This document shows, piece by piece, positions 41,643 through 53,177 of a stretch of 64,000 bases of DNA (positions are counted from its first letter, which is position 1; the number at the start of each line of letters is the position of its first letter). Source of the stretch: Balanoglossus misakiensis (Eukaryota > Animalia > Hemichordata); NCBI GenBank assembly GCA_040954595.2, contig CM082582.2, positions 2,092,303-2,156,302 on the forward strand. Direction: 5' to 3'. A model generated the notes under the pieces. That model did not search any database, had not been told where the DNA came from, and saw nothing but the letters and a program-made list of their open reading frames with translations. Position numbers and translations under genes: made by a program.

Positions 41643-42429
41643 TACTTGAAAGTGCAATTGAACAAAAATGCTAAAACTATAATTGCAGACAGTCAGAATT
41701 TTTAGGCTCAGGGCATCATTTACATAGTTCCCAGTAGTCCATTTCTCTATGTACAAAATTTTAATAAAACATTGCTATGCAGTCATGTTACCCTTCCACG
41801 ACACAAACACGAGGCAAGTTGGTCACAAAGTAAAAACTTGATTGTCTTTTGTATCAACACTATAGTTGAAACTTATGTACTTGGACAGCCACATTTTATT
41901 GTAAGGTCAGTTTTACACACAACTTGTACATGTATCATGTATACAACAAACTAGATGAGCTCGAGCAGTACTCTACTGACCGCCTTTTTCACATTGTCTG
42001 CATTGAGATGACACTTTATTTTGGAAGGCTGCCCTCTTTATGAAAAATGTCCTGATTGTGTTACACGTAAAACATACAGAAATCAACACAAGTGTCTATT
42101 GTGGCTAGTGAAGGGACTTTTCTAAACTGGCCTTTATAGATAGGTGGCCATTATACCTTGTAGAAATTATACCTTGTAGAAAAGTCAATTAATGTAGATG
42201 TAAATTGCATAGGGACTAGAATAAAGTGGCCACTATATAGAGGTGGCTGCCTAATAGAGGTGGCCACTCACACAGGTTTGACTGTTTTTTGATTTGTGTC
42301 ATGAATAGCAGACATTTACCAATGACTGATTGTACAATATATGATTTCAGTGTCAAATATACATGTATAAGACACTTACATTGTACAAACCCATACATCT
42401 TACTTTCTCTCCAAATTGTAGATACTCAC

Positions 42430-42478
42430 CAACACATGTATGTTGATTTCTGTGCAACTTAAATCCTGGTCTGCAACT
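42430..42478 (-). pseudogene. 3' half of a second EGF exon
   Basis: SCRPGFKLHRNQHTCV g|gtgagt with a phase 1 donor. It shares ttgcagaccaggatt with the 50223-50345 exon. Confidence 0.7.
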
Positions 42479-43269
42479 CTGTTGTGCAATAAAAAACCAT
42501 GTTAGCTGGATAAATTACGAAAGTGATTCCCATTTTTCACTGCAGACGTAAATTTTATGAAAATCTGTCCTTAATAGTAGTAGAAGTTTTTAACGTGTTT
42601 TCGGTGGTATGTTGGTGACCCCTAAAGAGACGTCCACAAACGTTTCAAAAATCATTGAAAACAACCTCGGAAGTTAACCAAACTTTCCTGACAGAGAGGT
42701 CTAATATCGGTCCGAACATCCGTGAAAAGAAATTAATTCGAAATGCTTGTGTAACAGTCCGCTTAAAAATAATCAATGTCGTTCGATGATATGACCCGGA
42801 AGTATACGTTGACCTCTCCGGCTCCATGTTAGACTTGTAAATACAGAAGTGTTGCGTTGATCGTGAAACGATACGTTTACCGTGGGTAAACAGCTTTTGA
42901 AAGGCAATTCTTAAGTAAAACAGTTACTGGATAATGTATAACACCCTAAGGTAACGTATTAACCAAGTTTTAACTTAATTACTGGCCTGATTTCGACACA
43001 ACATCGATCAATCGCCTACAAATGTAGGTCCCATATGGACAGAATGCCAGGTTTACCATACATGACTATGTACGTGTGAGGAGCTCAGCTGGTGTATTTT
43101 TATTTTTTTTCTCCGTATCGTGGCCTGGCATATAAGTAGACATTTCGAAAATGCAAAATGCCAACTGTAACTTCAAAACCATTTCCCTTTATTCGCTGAT
43201 GATATATGCAATAAATATTTGTGTCTGAAGGCAAGCAATTGTTGTTGTCATCATTGCATTGGGCTGAAC

Positions 43270-43435
43270 AGGACAGAGTTTGAGCTGATCAGCTGACTTC
43301 AAGTTTCGATTTGGAACATATAATTTGATCATATCAGACAGATATGATGGTCCAAGTCTATGAATGAATTCAAAAATAAGAAATAAAATATTGAAAACAA
43401 TACGATCAGACACAGGTAACCAATGGAACTGAAAT
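43270..43435 (-). mobile_element. L2/CR1-type LINE ORF2 C-terminal fragment
   Basis: FHWLPVSDRIVFNILFLIFEFIHRLGPSYLSDMIKLYVPNRNLKS matches the LHWLPV..RI.FK..P.YL..Y.P.R.LRS pattern. Confidence 0.85.
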
Positions 43436-43568
43436 TGCATTGATGTAAACAGTGATTTTGGAACTAGCAGCAATATTTTGAACTTGAATACGGCTGATCT
43501 AGTACTTAGGGAGCCCAAACAAAAGTGAATTACACGAATCTATTCGAAATGCAACAAAAGAAGGACCT

Positions 43569-45895
43569 TTATTGCTCTGTGGCGCCTTGAGATAAATATT
43601 TACAGACAAGTGCAATATGCTGCACAGGTGCACTCAAACCTCTGTCAACCATGATTTTAGTATTATTTCCACAAGGAAAATTGCCAACAATTTCATTCAT
43701 TTCAGAGTCTACTGTATTTTGTGAACAAAAGCCACTGTTTAATTCCTGCCACCATTCAAATGAATTCTGTGCATTTTCATTCACCAGACTATCTTTACTT
43801 TTAATTAACAGCCTGTTAAGAAGCAAATCATAATGGCCTGGTTGACCTGGCCTGTCTGGTGTGTACAAGAGACAGACAGGCTCAGTCTTGGAGAACACAT
43901 AACCATCACCTCTTGCAAATATATCATTCTGCTTGGTGTATATATGTAATGGACATTTTGCAACATACACTACATATAACATTTCTGGCATACCAGCATA
44001 TTCATCTGCCTTTTCCATACATTGTGTTCTGTGCAAAATGTCCATATAACGAGTGCCGTCTAACAGGGCATCAAGTTGTGCATCATCCAGTCCTTCAAAG
44101 TATATATGATTGGCACGTATTATGTCTAATGTATCTGCTCTTAACTTGTCTGCAAATATTTTCTCTCGGTCAGCTAAAATTGGGTCAAAAGGGAGTCCAT
44201 TAAGTAGACGATCGCAATTTCGAAATGCAAAATCATTTCTCACAGAGATGCTCCTGAAAAAGCACCTTCCATCACAATAAATGTTGATTAGCTTAAAATC
44301 TTTGACAGTTGAATGTTTGTCATGACTGCCAAAAACAATATCATCAATACTGTTCAGAATTGACTATGGTTTTGGTTGGACCATTTGATAAGAGGTACCG
44401 TGGAAACCTCTGTCCTTTGGATCAGCTGTAACAGCTGCATATTTAGCTGACTCATCAATATTGTCAATGGAAGTTAAACAAAATGCATTATTTGCAATAT
44501 TTTCCTCTGTGAAATCAGCTGATGTTCTTTTGTTGATAACTCCCAACATGTATCTATGCAATGTATCTCCAGAACAAATAATACCAAATCAATTTAGAAT
44601 TTTCACTAGAGTAGATGACCTACTATAACCTTCAACAATGTCAGCCAGGTAAGTATGCAATGGGTAAGTACAATGATCAGAACAAATGAACAATAGCATA
44701 CACACAAAACAAACGCCTGAGGAATCGTGCTCTACTCTCCATAGAGTGCTGGTCATAAAATCCATAGTGGTGTTTATTCCATTCAAAGTTGGAGCTTTTT
44801 AATTTACTGCGTTCACTGTTGTTCAACGTTAAATATACAACAGTGTTCCATAACACAGGGTCAATCTCACTGACAATATATTCAACATCAAGTGTACTCA
44901 GATCAACAATGTTTGTTTTGCAGTAATTACTGAATTCTTGAGATTGCTGATAAATGCTGGCATTTGATTTCACAGCCACCAAATCAAGCATTTTGAAAAA
45001 GTCAACGTCAACTTTACTCAAGTCTCTTACTTGCTTTTCAAGCCTCTCTATCTGTTTCTCAGCTTGCACAACATACTGAGGATGTTCGACAAGTGCATTT
45101 TGGAGGGCAATAGTGAGATCTGAACCTGTTCGGTACAAAAAGGTGGAGAACTTTCTACTCACTTTTGATACAACAGAAAGGTGAATTGGATAATACACAC
45201 ATAGAAATTCCCGAATAAGCCAGCTATTAGGTTTTCTGTGGAATTCCACTCGTTGTAACTTGACAATGGGTCGCAAAGTCTGATATTCATTGTCTAAACA
45301 ATCATTAAAATATTGCCCAACGTCAAACAATAGAATGGCATGTTTTCTGAGGAGCACTTCTCCTAAAAATACAACAGTTTTCCAGCATGCAAAATTCACC
45401 AAGTTGGTGTCACAGCTGCAGCCTTTTTGTAGCATTGTGACATATTTTTTAATTTCTTCAGCAAGTGCTATATCACTCGACATAATTAGGCCTTGTTGAA
45501 TACTACACCTGGCTTTTTCCGCTAAAAGCAACAAATGTCTGATAACATTTCAAACAAATCAGGCTGTCTTGAGTAAGGGCAAAAAGTGTGTTAGTCTGTT
45601 AGTGAAATGTTTGCACCATATCAAAATCAGGGATTTTAAACAAATTGTTTGCCCGTGATAAGCACGAAGTACACAAGGGATGGCCTTTTCTCATAGCAAG
45701 GATGTAGTGACGTTGACACAGTGGAAATGATGAAAATCCTTTAAAACCTGAGTTGTCTATACTCAATTTTGTACACAGTCCTCCTCGCCTGAAATCAGCT
45801 CTATAATGTCGCGTAAAAAATGGCCTATTTCGCGACCCTTCAGCGGGGCCCACTCTAACGGCTACATGGTTTGAAGTACTTTCCCTCATGAACAT
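43569..45895 (-). mobile_element. Decayed long ORF: Cys-rich N-terminus, Academ/DUF6589-like transposase segment, then OTU-like cysteine protease
   Basis: Pieces are joined through stops and frameshifts: PLHTYLADIVEGYSRSSTLVKILN*FGIICSGDTLHRY..FCLTSIDNID..FHGTSYQMVQPKP*..INIYCDGRCFFRSIS..YAGMPE..LLY..GHYDLL. Confidence 0.65.
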
Positions 45896-46477
45896 ATGTT
45901 AATGAGTACCGTGCGATCTGACTGTACAGACAGAATAACACACACACACATCGAGAGATTAACAGGCAAACACTGGCTGACCCATAAGCTGCCAATGGCA
46001 TGTGTACTGTACACACAGCAAATGGTCTCTTTAACAGATAGCCAGTTATGAAAACATGCAGTTACCAATCACTGTTATTATTGACAAATTGCATCCAAGT
46101 CCAGACACAGGCTTGGATACAATTTGTAAACAATAACAACATTGCTTACCCTGCTTCACCGAGCTGAACAAGAAATGATGGGTGATAACCAGAATAATAC
46201 TGAATAAAAATTCAAAAGTTACAGATACAGGACCTTTCCTTGCCCACATATTATATTACTATGGTCTGTGCGTCGCATTTTAATTGGTCAAGATGAACGA
46301 CATCACTGACCACAAATACCCAGTAATGGTTTGTTTACATGCCCGTAAATCTGAATAGTAATATTAGCAAACAGTTCAATGAACACAACATTTTGCCCCT
46401 AGTCTTGTGTGTGGGACATTTTCATAAATATTGAAGGTTTTATTGAGATTGTTGGTAATGTAATGGAAATAAATGCA

Positions 46478-46560
46478 GGGCTCGGGCTCGAGGACAGCCA
46501 AATTTCATGGGCTCAGAAGCCTTGCCCATGAATTTTTGGCTTTCCCCTCGCCCTTGCCCA
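46478..46560. repeat. Imperfect palindrome within an unclassified repeat (~46250-46600)
   Basis: gggctcgagg..agccaaatttcatgggc / gcccatgaatttttggct..cctcgccc. Confidence 0.6.
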
Positions 46561-46769
46561 TAAATAAACGTTAATGGTCAGGGCGTCGTGCATTATTTCT
46601 ATATTGTGTTGATCTTACCTGTACACTCTCCATTGACCAATCAATATTCCACAGCACAAGTGCAATAAAAAGAGCCTGCTGTATTCACACACTGGACTTC
46701 ACAAAGATCTGCTCTCTCCATATATTCATTGACATCTGAAATCAAAGATAGTTATTATTAATAAATTTA

Positions 46770-48945
46770 TTATTATTTATTTCCTAACAAATGTAATACA
46801 CATACATTTCAGTGCATTTTCTACAGAAAATAATAAAATTAGAAAACAAGTGAAAGCTTAAAGGATACAAAATTACACTTATAGTAGCAGAAATTCTTGC
46901 AACTGTAATTAGAAATGATAACGAAACGGGTTTCAAAGTTAATAATTATAAAGTTAAGATCACACAATTAGCTGATGATATGCAGGTATACATAAGCAAA
47001 GAAAAATCTCTCATGCGTTTAGACGGAAGGCTTAAAACTAGGAGGCTGGAAAGCTAAGAACAACCTTGGCTTGATTTCATGGCCTGCTAAACCAATTAAA
47101 GTTATTGGGTGTTTATTTTGGATATGCACGTTTTGAAGAGGAAGTAAGGAAGTTAAATTGGGATACTAAGATTGACAGAATTGAAATACTCTTAGATTCA
47201 TGGAAGAAAAGATATTTGTCAATTTTTGGAAAAATCACAATTATTAAATGTTTAGCCATGTCGAAAATAACATATTTGGCATCGATGATTGACATTCCTG
47301 ATGCCGTGATAAATAGATTAAGTAGTTTGTTCTATGATTTTTTTATGGAGTGGGAAAAAAGGGAAGATTAAGAGGGAAATCATTATAAATAAATATGAAA
47401 AGGGAGGGGTACAAATGATTGATATCAGGTCAATGGTGAAGGCACTGAAATGCAGATGGGTGGAACGGCTCATGAAAGCTAATTGTGATACGTGGAAAGC
47501 AGTGATTGATTTTTATTTCAAAGATTTCGGAGGGATCAAAAATATCTTCTCTTATAATTTTGACAAAAGAGGTTTAACTTTCATTACGAGAAACATTCCA
47601 AACTTTTACAGAAATGTTCTATTTAGCTGGTACGATATTGTCATGAATAACAACAAGGTTAAAATGTCTCCGAACAATATTGGAGAGGAAGTAATTTGGG
47701 GAAATCAACATATAACATGTAATAATAGAGTCTTGTTTTTTACTGAATGGATTGACTGCAACATAATGTATGTTTCAGATTTGTTTCAAAAAGGTGTTTT
47801 CATGAAACGGGGCTATTTATTAGAAAAATTGAAAAACAAAAGAAATTGGATAACACAGTATCTAATACTGAAAAAAGCCATACCAAACGAATGGAAGAGA
47901 AGAATGATGTCTGCTAAGAACTTTCTGTGTGTAAATCGAGATATAAAGACAATAATGAAAAAAGATCACACAGGGAAATACAAAAATATACATGATTTTT
48001 TATGCAAAGATTTTTATTGGAACATTGTGAACAGAAAGGCGTTGAAGTCATATGCGCCGACATTTTGGGCAAATAGTTGTGATACAGAACACATAAACTG
48101 GGCGTTAATCATCAAAATTAAAATAAAAGACATGGGTGTTAAAAAAATTGCCCAATTTAATTATTTTTTACTTTACAACAAAATCCCACACGGTTTAAAT
48201 CTGTGGAAATGGAAGAAAGCAGACAATCCAAATTGTGAAATATGTAAATGTACGGATGACTGCATGCATTTTCTTTTTGATTGCTCTGTTGTGAAACATT
48301 TTTGGAAAAGACTGAACGTTCTTATTAATACTGTGTACAATATTAACATAAAGCTAATTTGGAAGCATATTGTATTTGGGTACATGATGGAATGTGACAA
48401 GCTTGAATCACTAAATATGATCATAATGGTGGCAACTTTTTGTGTATACAAAGCAAGAATTATTAACGAAAATCACATACGCCGATTATTAATAGAAGAG
48501 TTAACGTACTCTCAACAGATAAAAAAGGATGGAAAAATTCATGAGTGTCTAAGTCTTCTTTGAGATGTAAAATTATTATAGAGTTCACCATAACTATATG
48601 TATTTGAAATATTGATAATGAACAGAAACATTGTAAAGTTGGATCTTGCCTTTATCAGACGCATGTGTAAAAATGTATGTTAATTGAGTGGGATGTAAAA
48701 ATGTACGTTAATTTGAGTTGAATAAACATTACTTTAAAGAAAAAAAAAGAAAAAATTACACTTAAAAACCCAAAACAAACAGAAACAGTTCTGAAAGACA
48801 ATCCCTATAAACCAAAAAAACAATGGAATGAAATAGTGCTGAATAAAAAGACGAGTCTTTAAACCCCTTTGAAAACTGTTAATAGATCCAGCATTGCAGA
48901 TAGAAGGTGCACAAACACTGAATCCTCTTTAGCCATATGCCTTGT
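46770..48945 (-). mobile_element. L2/CR1-type LINE 3' end, split by the L1 insertion
   Basis: Minus-strand 48840-48945 reads KAYG*RGFSVCAPS..SINSFQRGLKTRLF. The taa-rich tail lies at 46770-46790. Confidence 0.65.
46882..48751 (+). mobile_element. 5'-truncated L1/Tx1-clade LINE (RT C-terminus plus CCHC zinc finger), frameshifted
   Basis: Peptide motifs QLADD, LGVYFG, WKKRYLSIFGKITIIK, FLWSGK..KIKR..GG and C..C...HFLFDC. It has aataaa plus an A-tail, and a 13-bp TSD aaaattacactta at 46869-46881 and 48752-48764. Confidence 0.93.
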
Positions 48946-49043
48946 TAAGTTTTGAAATGATCATTCATGGTGATTAGTGATCAAGAATATACCCGTAAAA
49001 AAAATTACTCTACCCTCAGAGAAGCATTTTGTAATGTCTTTAA

Positions 49044-49762
49044 GGTGGCATTGCATGAAACCGTCGAGACTTTTTCAGAGGCCTATTTCTCATCAAAGAC
49101 AACGTTAAAACCCCCATAAACCATATATATTCTGGAAGCTGAGTTTTTGAGCTTTTGTTTGAGTTGCATATATTATTGATCCCCGGAAATCGAGGCGTTT
49201 TTGGGTTAAAAAAACATTTCTTGATATTATGTCATTAAATTCAATTTAGGTAAAAAAGCTGACTTAATATGTCACTCGAAACTAGAGTACACGTGCAAAA
49301 AAAAAACACGGTAATTTTGTTTTGCGTTATCTGCTTCCATTGAGGAGTAACAGTGTTTGAGAGTTAGATTTTTAGAAAATTTGATCAAATTCACAGTGAG
49401 TTGTATTGAATCAGAGTTTATTCCCGCCAGGGAAACTTTATCAACTAAAAAAATATGTTTTGTTGGATGGGTCATACACAATACCCTATTAAAATTTGAG
49501 CAAATTCGGCCAACGCAGAGCGAAGCTAAATTCTTCTGAAGTTGTCAAGAGCAGCAAAAATGCAAACTGAGAAAAACGGCCATTTGCATTGTTGACACCT
49601 ATTTGTTAAGCTGTGAACTCATTCAGAAAAGTGCTATTTGGGGTGGTTATGCACCATTTCCGCCAAGACGTATTAGACAGGATGTTGATCAGTATTAGAC
49701 CTACCGATTTATGTAAAAAAGTAAAATTTAGCAACAATCACAACTTTTCATGCAATGCCACC
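49044..49762. mobile_element. Kolobok-type non-autonomous transposon, TTAA TSD
   Basis: ttaa-ggtggcattgcatgaaa ... tttcatgcaatgccacc-ttaa. Confidence 0.9.
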
Positions 49763-50222
49763 TTAACATGAGATGAAAACTATATGAATTTTCTAAGTGT
49801 ATATTTATTCTTTGCAGAGGTAATTTATTTAGCTATAGGTTGATAATTTATGTTAATTTGATTGAGTTATGCATATAAGTAGTGAAAATACTTGCCCATG
49901 AATATATCAGACAGTCTTATAGTATCGTGTGAGGTTGATGACACATATTCTTAACCACATATTTCTTGATCAATTACACCAAAGTCCTCACTATCCATGG
50001 CGATCCTTTTCTAGGAATTTTAACACTCTCTATCATTCTCATTTTAACAAAATCCCCTGAAACTTGTGTACCCTGTCAGTACGATTGTGCTGTTGATTTC
50101 AAATTTTAAAATGTGTGCAATGGACAGACAAGATGTGTGTTTAGCTGATTGTAACCATAGTAATATACAATCCCCAAACAATGTAGCCACAGAAGAGACT
50201 AACAGAGACCACAGTTACATAC

Positions 50223-50345
50223 CGCCACATGCATGGCCATCATCCAGCAGATAGAATCCTGGTCTGCAAGTGCAGAGATAACTACCATGGGTATTCTGAC
50301 AATAGTGTTGACATGCATTTCCACCACTGTGACATTCGTTCATAT
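50223..50345 (-). CDS. Calcium-binding EGF-domain exon (123 nt, phase 1-1) of a foreign gene
   Basis: cttaccctccag|AT ATG...GGC G|gtatgt encodes (D)MNECHSGGNACQHYCQNTHGSYLCTCRPGFYLLDDGHACG. It has six Cys, D-x-N-E-C and C-x-N-T-x-G-S-Y. Confidence 0.9.
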
Positions 50346-50569
50346 CTGGAGGGTAAGAAGAAATTAGAAATAATTTACAAGCATTACATTATTCAAGATA
50401 AGCCTACTCTTGACTACTGAAATCTCACACCAAAGACACCTGGGCTCAGATTTATAACAAGATGGGGATAATTTGTCTCAATTTGATCATTTGAGACAAA
50501 ATATCCCCAAACTTATATATTGTCGATGTAACATTATAACATAGTTATATCACTGTCAGGCATTTATGT

Positions 50570-50770
50570 CCTACAGTCAAGCGGTTTTATGCACCTGCAG
50601 TCATTTTGATGGAGTTGGTTTGAATCCCACCAGTGCCAGAAGTGTGAGATGGTCAACTGGACTTGAGGCTTTTGAGTTGAACCAAACTTTATTTCTAAGT
50701 CTAGGAGCTGCATGCACCAACTAAGGCCTAAACAATGGCTTCGAGATTGAAGAGAACTCACAAACACATG
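50570..50770 (+). mobile_element. Possible tRNA-derived SINE remnant
   Basis: A-box-like gtcaagcggtt and B-box-like ggtttgaatccc. No full cloverleaf is evident. Confidence 0.35.
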
Positions 50771-51312
50771 CAATCACTTTTATAGGAGTAAACAGGTGTT
50801 AAAATAACATGTAAATTTTAGAGTTTTTTTGTTTAATAGGATTTGTATTCAAATTCTATTTCTGAGTCTTACACAGTGATGACCTTTTGTCATGCATTGA
50901 TGTCATGCAACCACTCACTAATTACACACATGTGTTGGTGAGTATCTACAACCACATGTTGAAAGAACCTCTTTAAATTTGACACCTGCAATCCAAACAA
51001 TTTCTTCAGTCCCTTTGGTGTTAGACGGGTTTGACTGTACTTGAAAGTGTAGTTGATATACAGAACAAAATTCTAAAAAAAATAGAAATTGCAGACAGTG
51101 ACCCTTTAAAGGCCCTACTCAACAGTGAGTCAAAACCTTTCTTTCCAATAAACAGTTGCGTGCTAACACAAAGGATTTCTTATTTGCCTTCATTGTCCTG
51201 CCCTGGGATTGAGAAAATGGCCTTTAATATGTAAAGTGTCAGTTGCAGATGCATGGCAGTACAATTGACACGATCCTTCAATTTTACAGTGCAATTATAA
51301 GATAATACTTAC

Positions 51313-51420
51313 AAATCCTCCAGACATTATTCTGAAGAGAGATCTGTATGCTTCCTGGTTGTTATTCATAAACTGGAACTCCACAGTGCGTGAGTTGCAA
51401 AACATGGCAGTGATTGCTGT
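51313..51420 (-). pseudogene. MED25: MED25 ACID/PTOV exon (108 nt) lacking an in-phase acceptor
   Basis: TAITAMFCNSRTVEFQFMNNNQEAYRSLFRIMSGGF|gtaagt resembles TTLGPLFRNSRMVQFHF..YRIMGNGF (recalled). The available acceptor cctacag| opens 4 nt late and out of frame. Confidence 0.85.
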
Positions 51421-52068
51421 AGGGGAAACATTGACACCTACATAACTCATAGAATACAGCTACATGTATGGTATACCAGGTTCACACAGGGTAAAACTTG
51501 AGGCACTATTTGCCTATGGTAAACACAGAGCATTAATCATTTGAGTCGCCTTGTGTCCACACACACAAAGTTTATGTATAGGCACTGAGGCTCAGCCCCA
51601 TAGATGGGTTTCGGAGAGGTGTTAATCTTTCCACCAGCTCAGGTCTGGCTGGCAAAGCCGTCTCAAATCTGAGATGTTTCAGGACCAAGTTAAACCATTT
51701 ACACATAATAATTTACGCCAGTATTTGATCTGAGACGTTTCAGAACCGTCTTAATGGTCCCTATGTGACCCCCATTAAAGGAGAGAAATAGATTGTCGTA
51801 TTGGGCAAATTCTATTCAATTGTGTTACTAATATATTCTGTTTGATTTGATTTTGCCAAGTGGATAATATTGCTTTGAATTTCTAACATTCAGTGACCCA
51901 GTCTTCTAAAATTTGGCAACATTGTTCTGTGGCACAACATCGAGTGATAGTGCCCTCACACATGAAATTTGGCAATACTGCCTTCATGCATGAAAACAAA
52001 TAGTGATACATACTGTCTCTCACTTTCAAAAACAATGTTATCCACACAAAAATCAACAGTGTACATAC

Positions 52069-52212
52069 CAGTAATTGTTGTGGGATAAGCCGCATGACCA
52101 GCTTTGTGAGCCAATTATCAGCCTGTAATTTGCCAGTTGGAGATGCAATCACACTGCAAGCCACTGATCTTGTGACTCTTGCTGTAGGGTCCTGAGAGGC
52201 ACCTCTAAGATT
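52069..52212 (-). pseudogene. MED25: MED25 ACID/PTOV exon (144 nt) with acceptor AA instead of AG
   Basis: NLRGASQDPTARVTRSVACSVIASPTGKLQADNWLTKLVMRLIPQQLL|gtatgt. It is preceded by tttttcttcaa. Confidence 0.88.
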
Positions 52213-53177
52213 TTGAAGAAAAACAAATATAAGATGACTGTGAGTGTGAGTGTGAGTGTGAAACATATCAAAAACAGAGAAAGCAAAAATGTGAACAAAT
52301 GGGCCGAGCGCACAGGAACACAACAGACATATCACTCAAACTGATTCAATAACTTCAGGCACTATCAGAACTGATTTGATGGCTGCATCATACCATTATA
52401 TATTTCACCTCTATTTATGCCATGATAGATAGGTAGGCAATACTTTTCATAGTGACTAGTGCAATACACCAAGCTATAATGGGCTGATTTGTCAATTTAA
52501 ATAACGATACATTCTCATTTGAGTTGCTGTTAAAGATACACGCACAAAAAGAAGTAAAAATCGTGTAAAGGACACGGTGGTCCCATTGAGTGATTACACA
52601 AGAAAAAGTCTACACCAGAGTACATGGCCATATACAGACAGACAGACACACACACACGTACACACACATAGCGAGAGATCAACAGGTTAACACTGACTGA
52701 CCCATAAGCTACCAATGATGTGTGTACTGTACATACACCAAATAAAACAGCTGGTCTCATTAACATTTGGCCAGTTATGTAAGCATGCAGGAATTTGCTG
52801 TGGATACAAATGTCAGTAGGGGTTTAGTGGCAATTGCTCTTCGTGAGATAAAATTGTTTGTGGTATAAGACAAAATATTGTACAAAATATGGAAGTTCCA
52901 AATTACCTATGATATGTTTGTATCAAAATTGGAAAATATGCCTCCCCCCCCAAAAAAAAAAAAAAAAAAATAAGACAGTGTCCCACAAAACATTAAAACT
53001 GTCATCATAGGTTTTGCAAATCATCATGAGAACTCACCCAGAAACCTTCAAATCAAATTTCAAAGCAATGGAGGTAGAGCGTTCTGAGAAAGAGTTTGAC
53101 GGCAAAAAACACCCCAAAAATATATAGTGAAAGCTGTCATTACGGACACCTCTCTAATCAGGACACCTCTCTATTAA

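Noticed and set aside
50570-50640. tRNA gene
   Set aside because: Only box-like motifs are present, with no acceptor or anticodon stems; at best it is a SINE head.
50223-51420. Functional MED25-EGF fusion protein
   Set aside because: The donor is phase 0 and the acceptor phase 1, and the upstream MED25 exons are already broken. It is kept only as a rearrangement finding.
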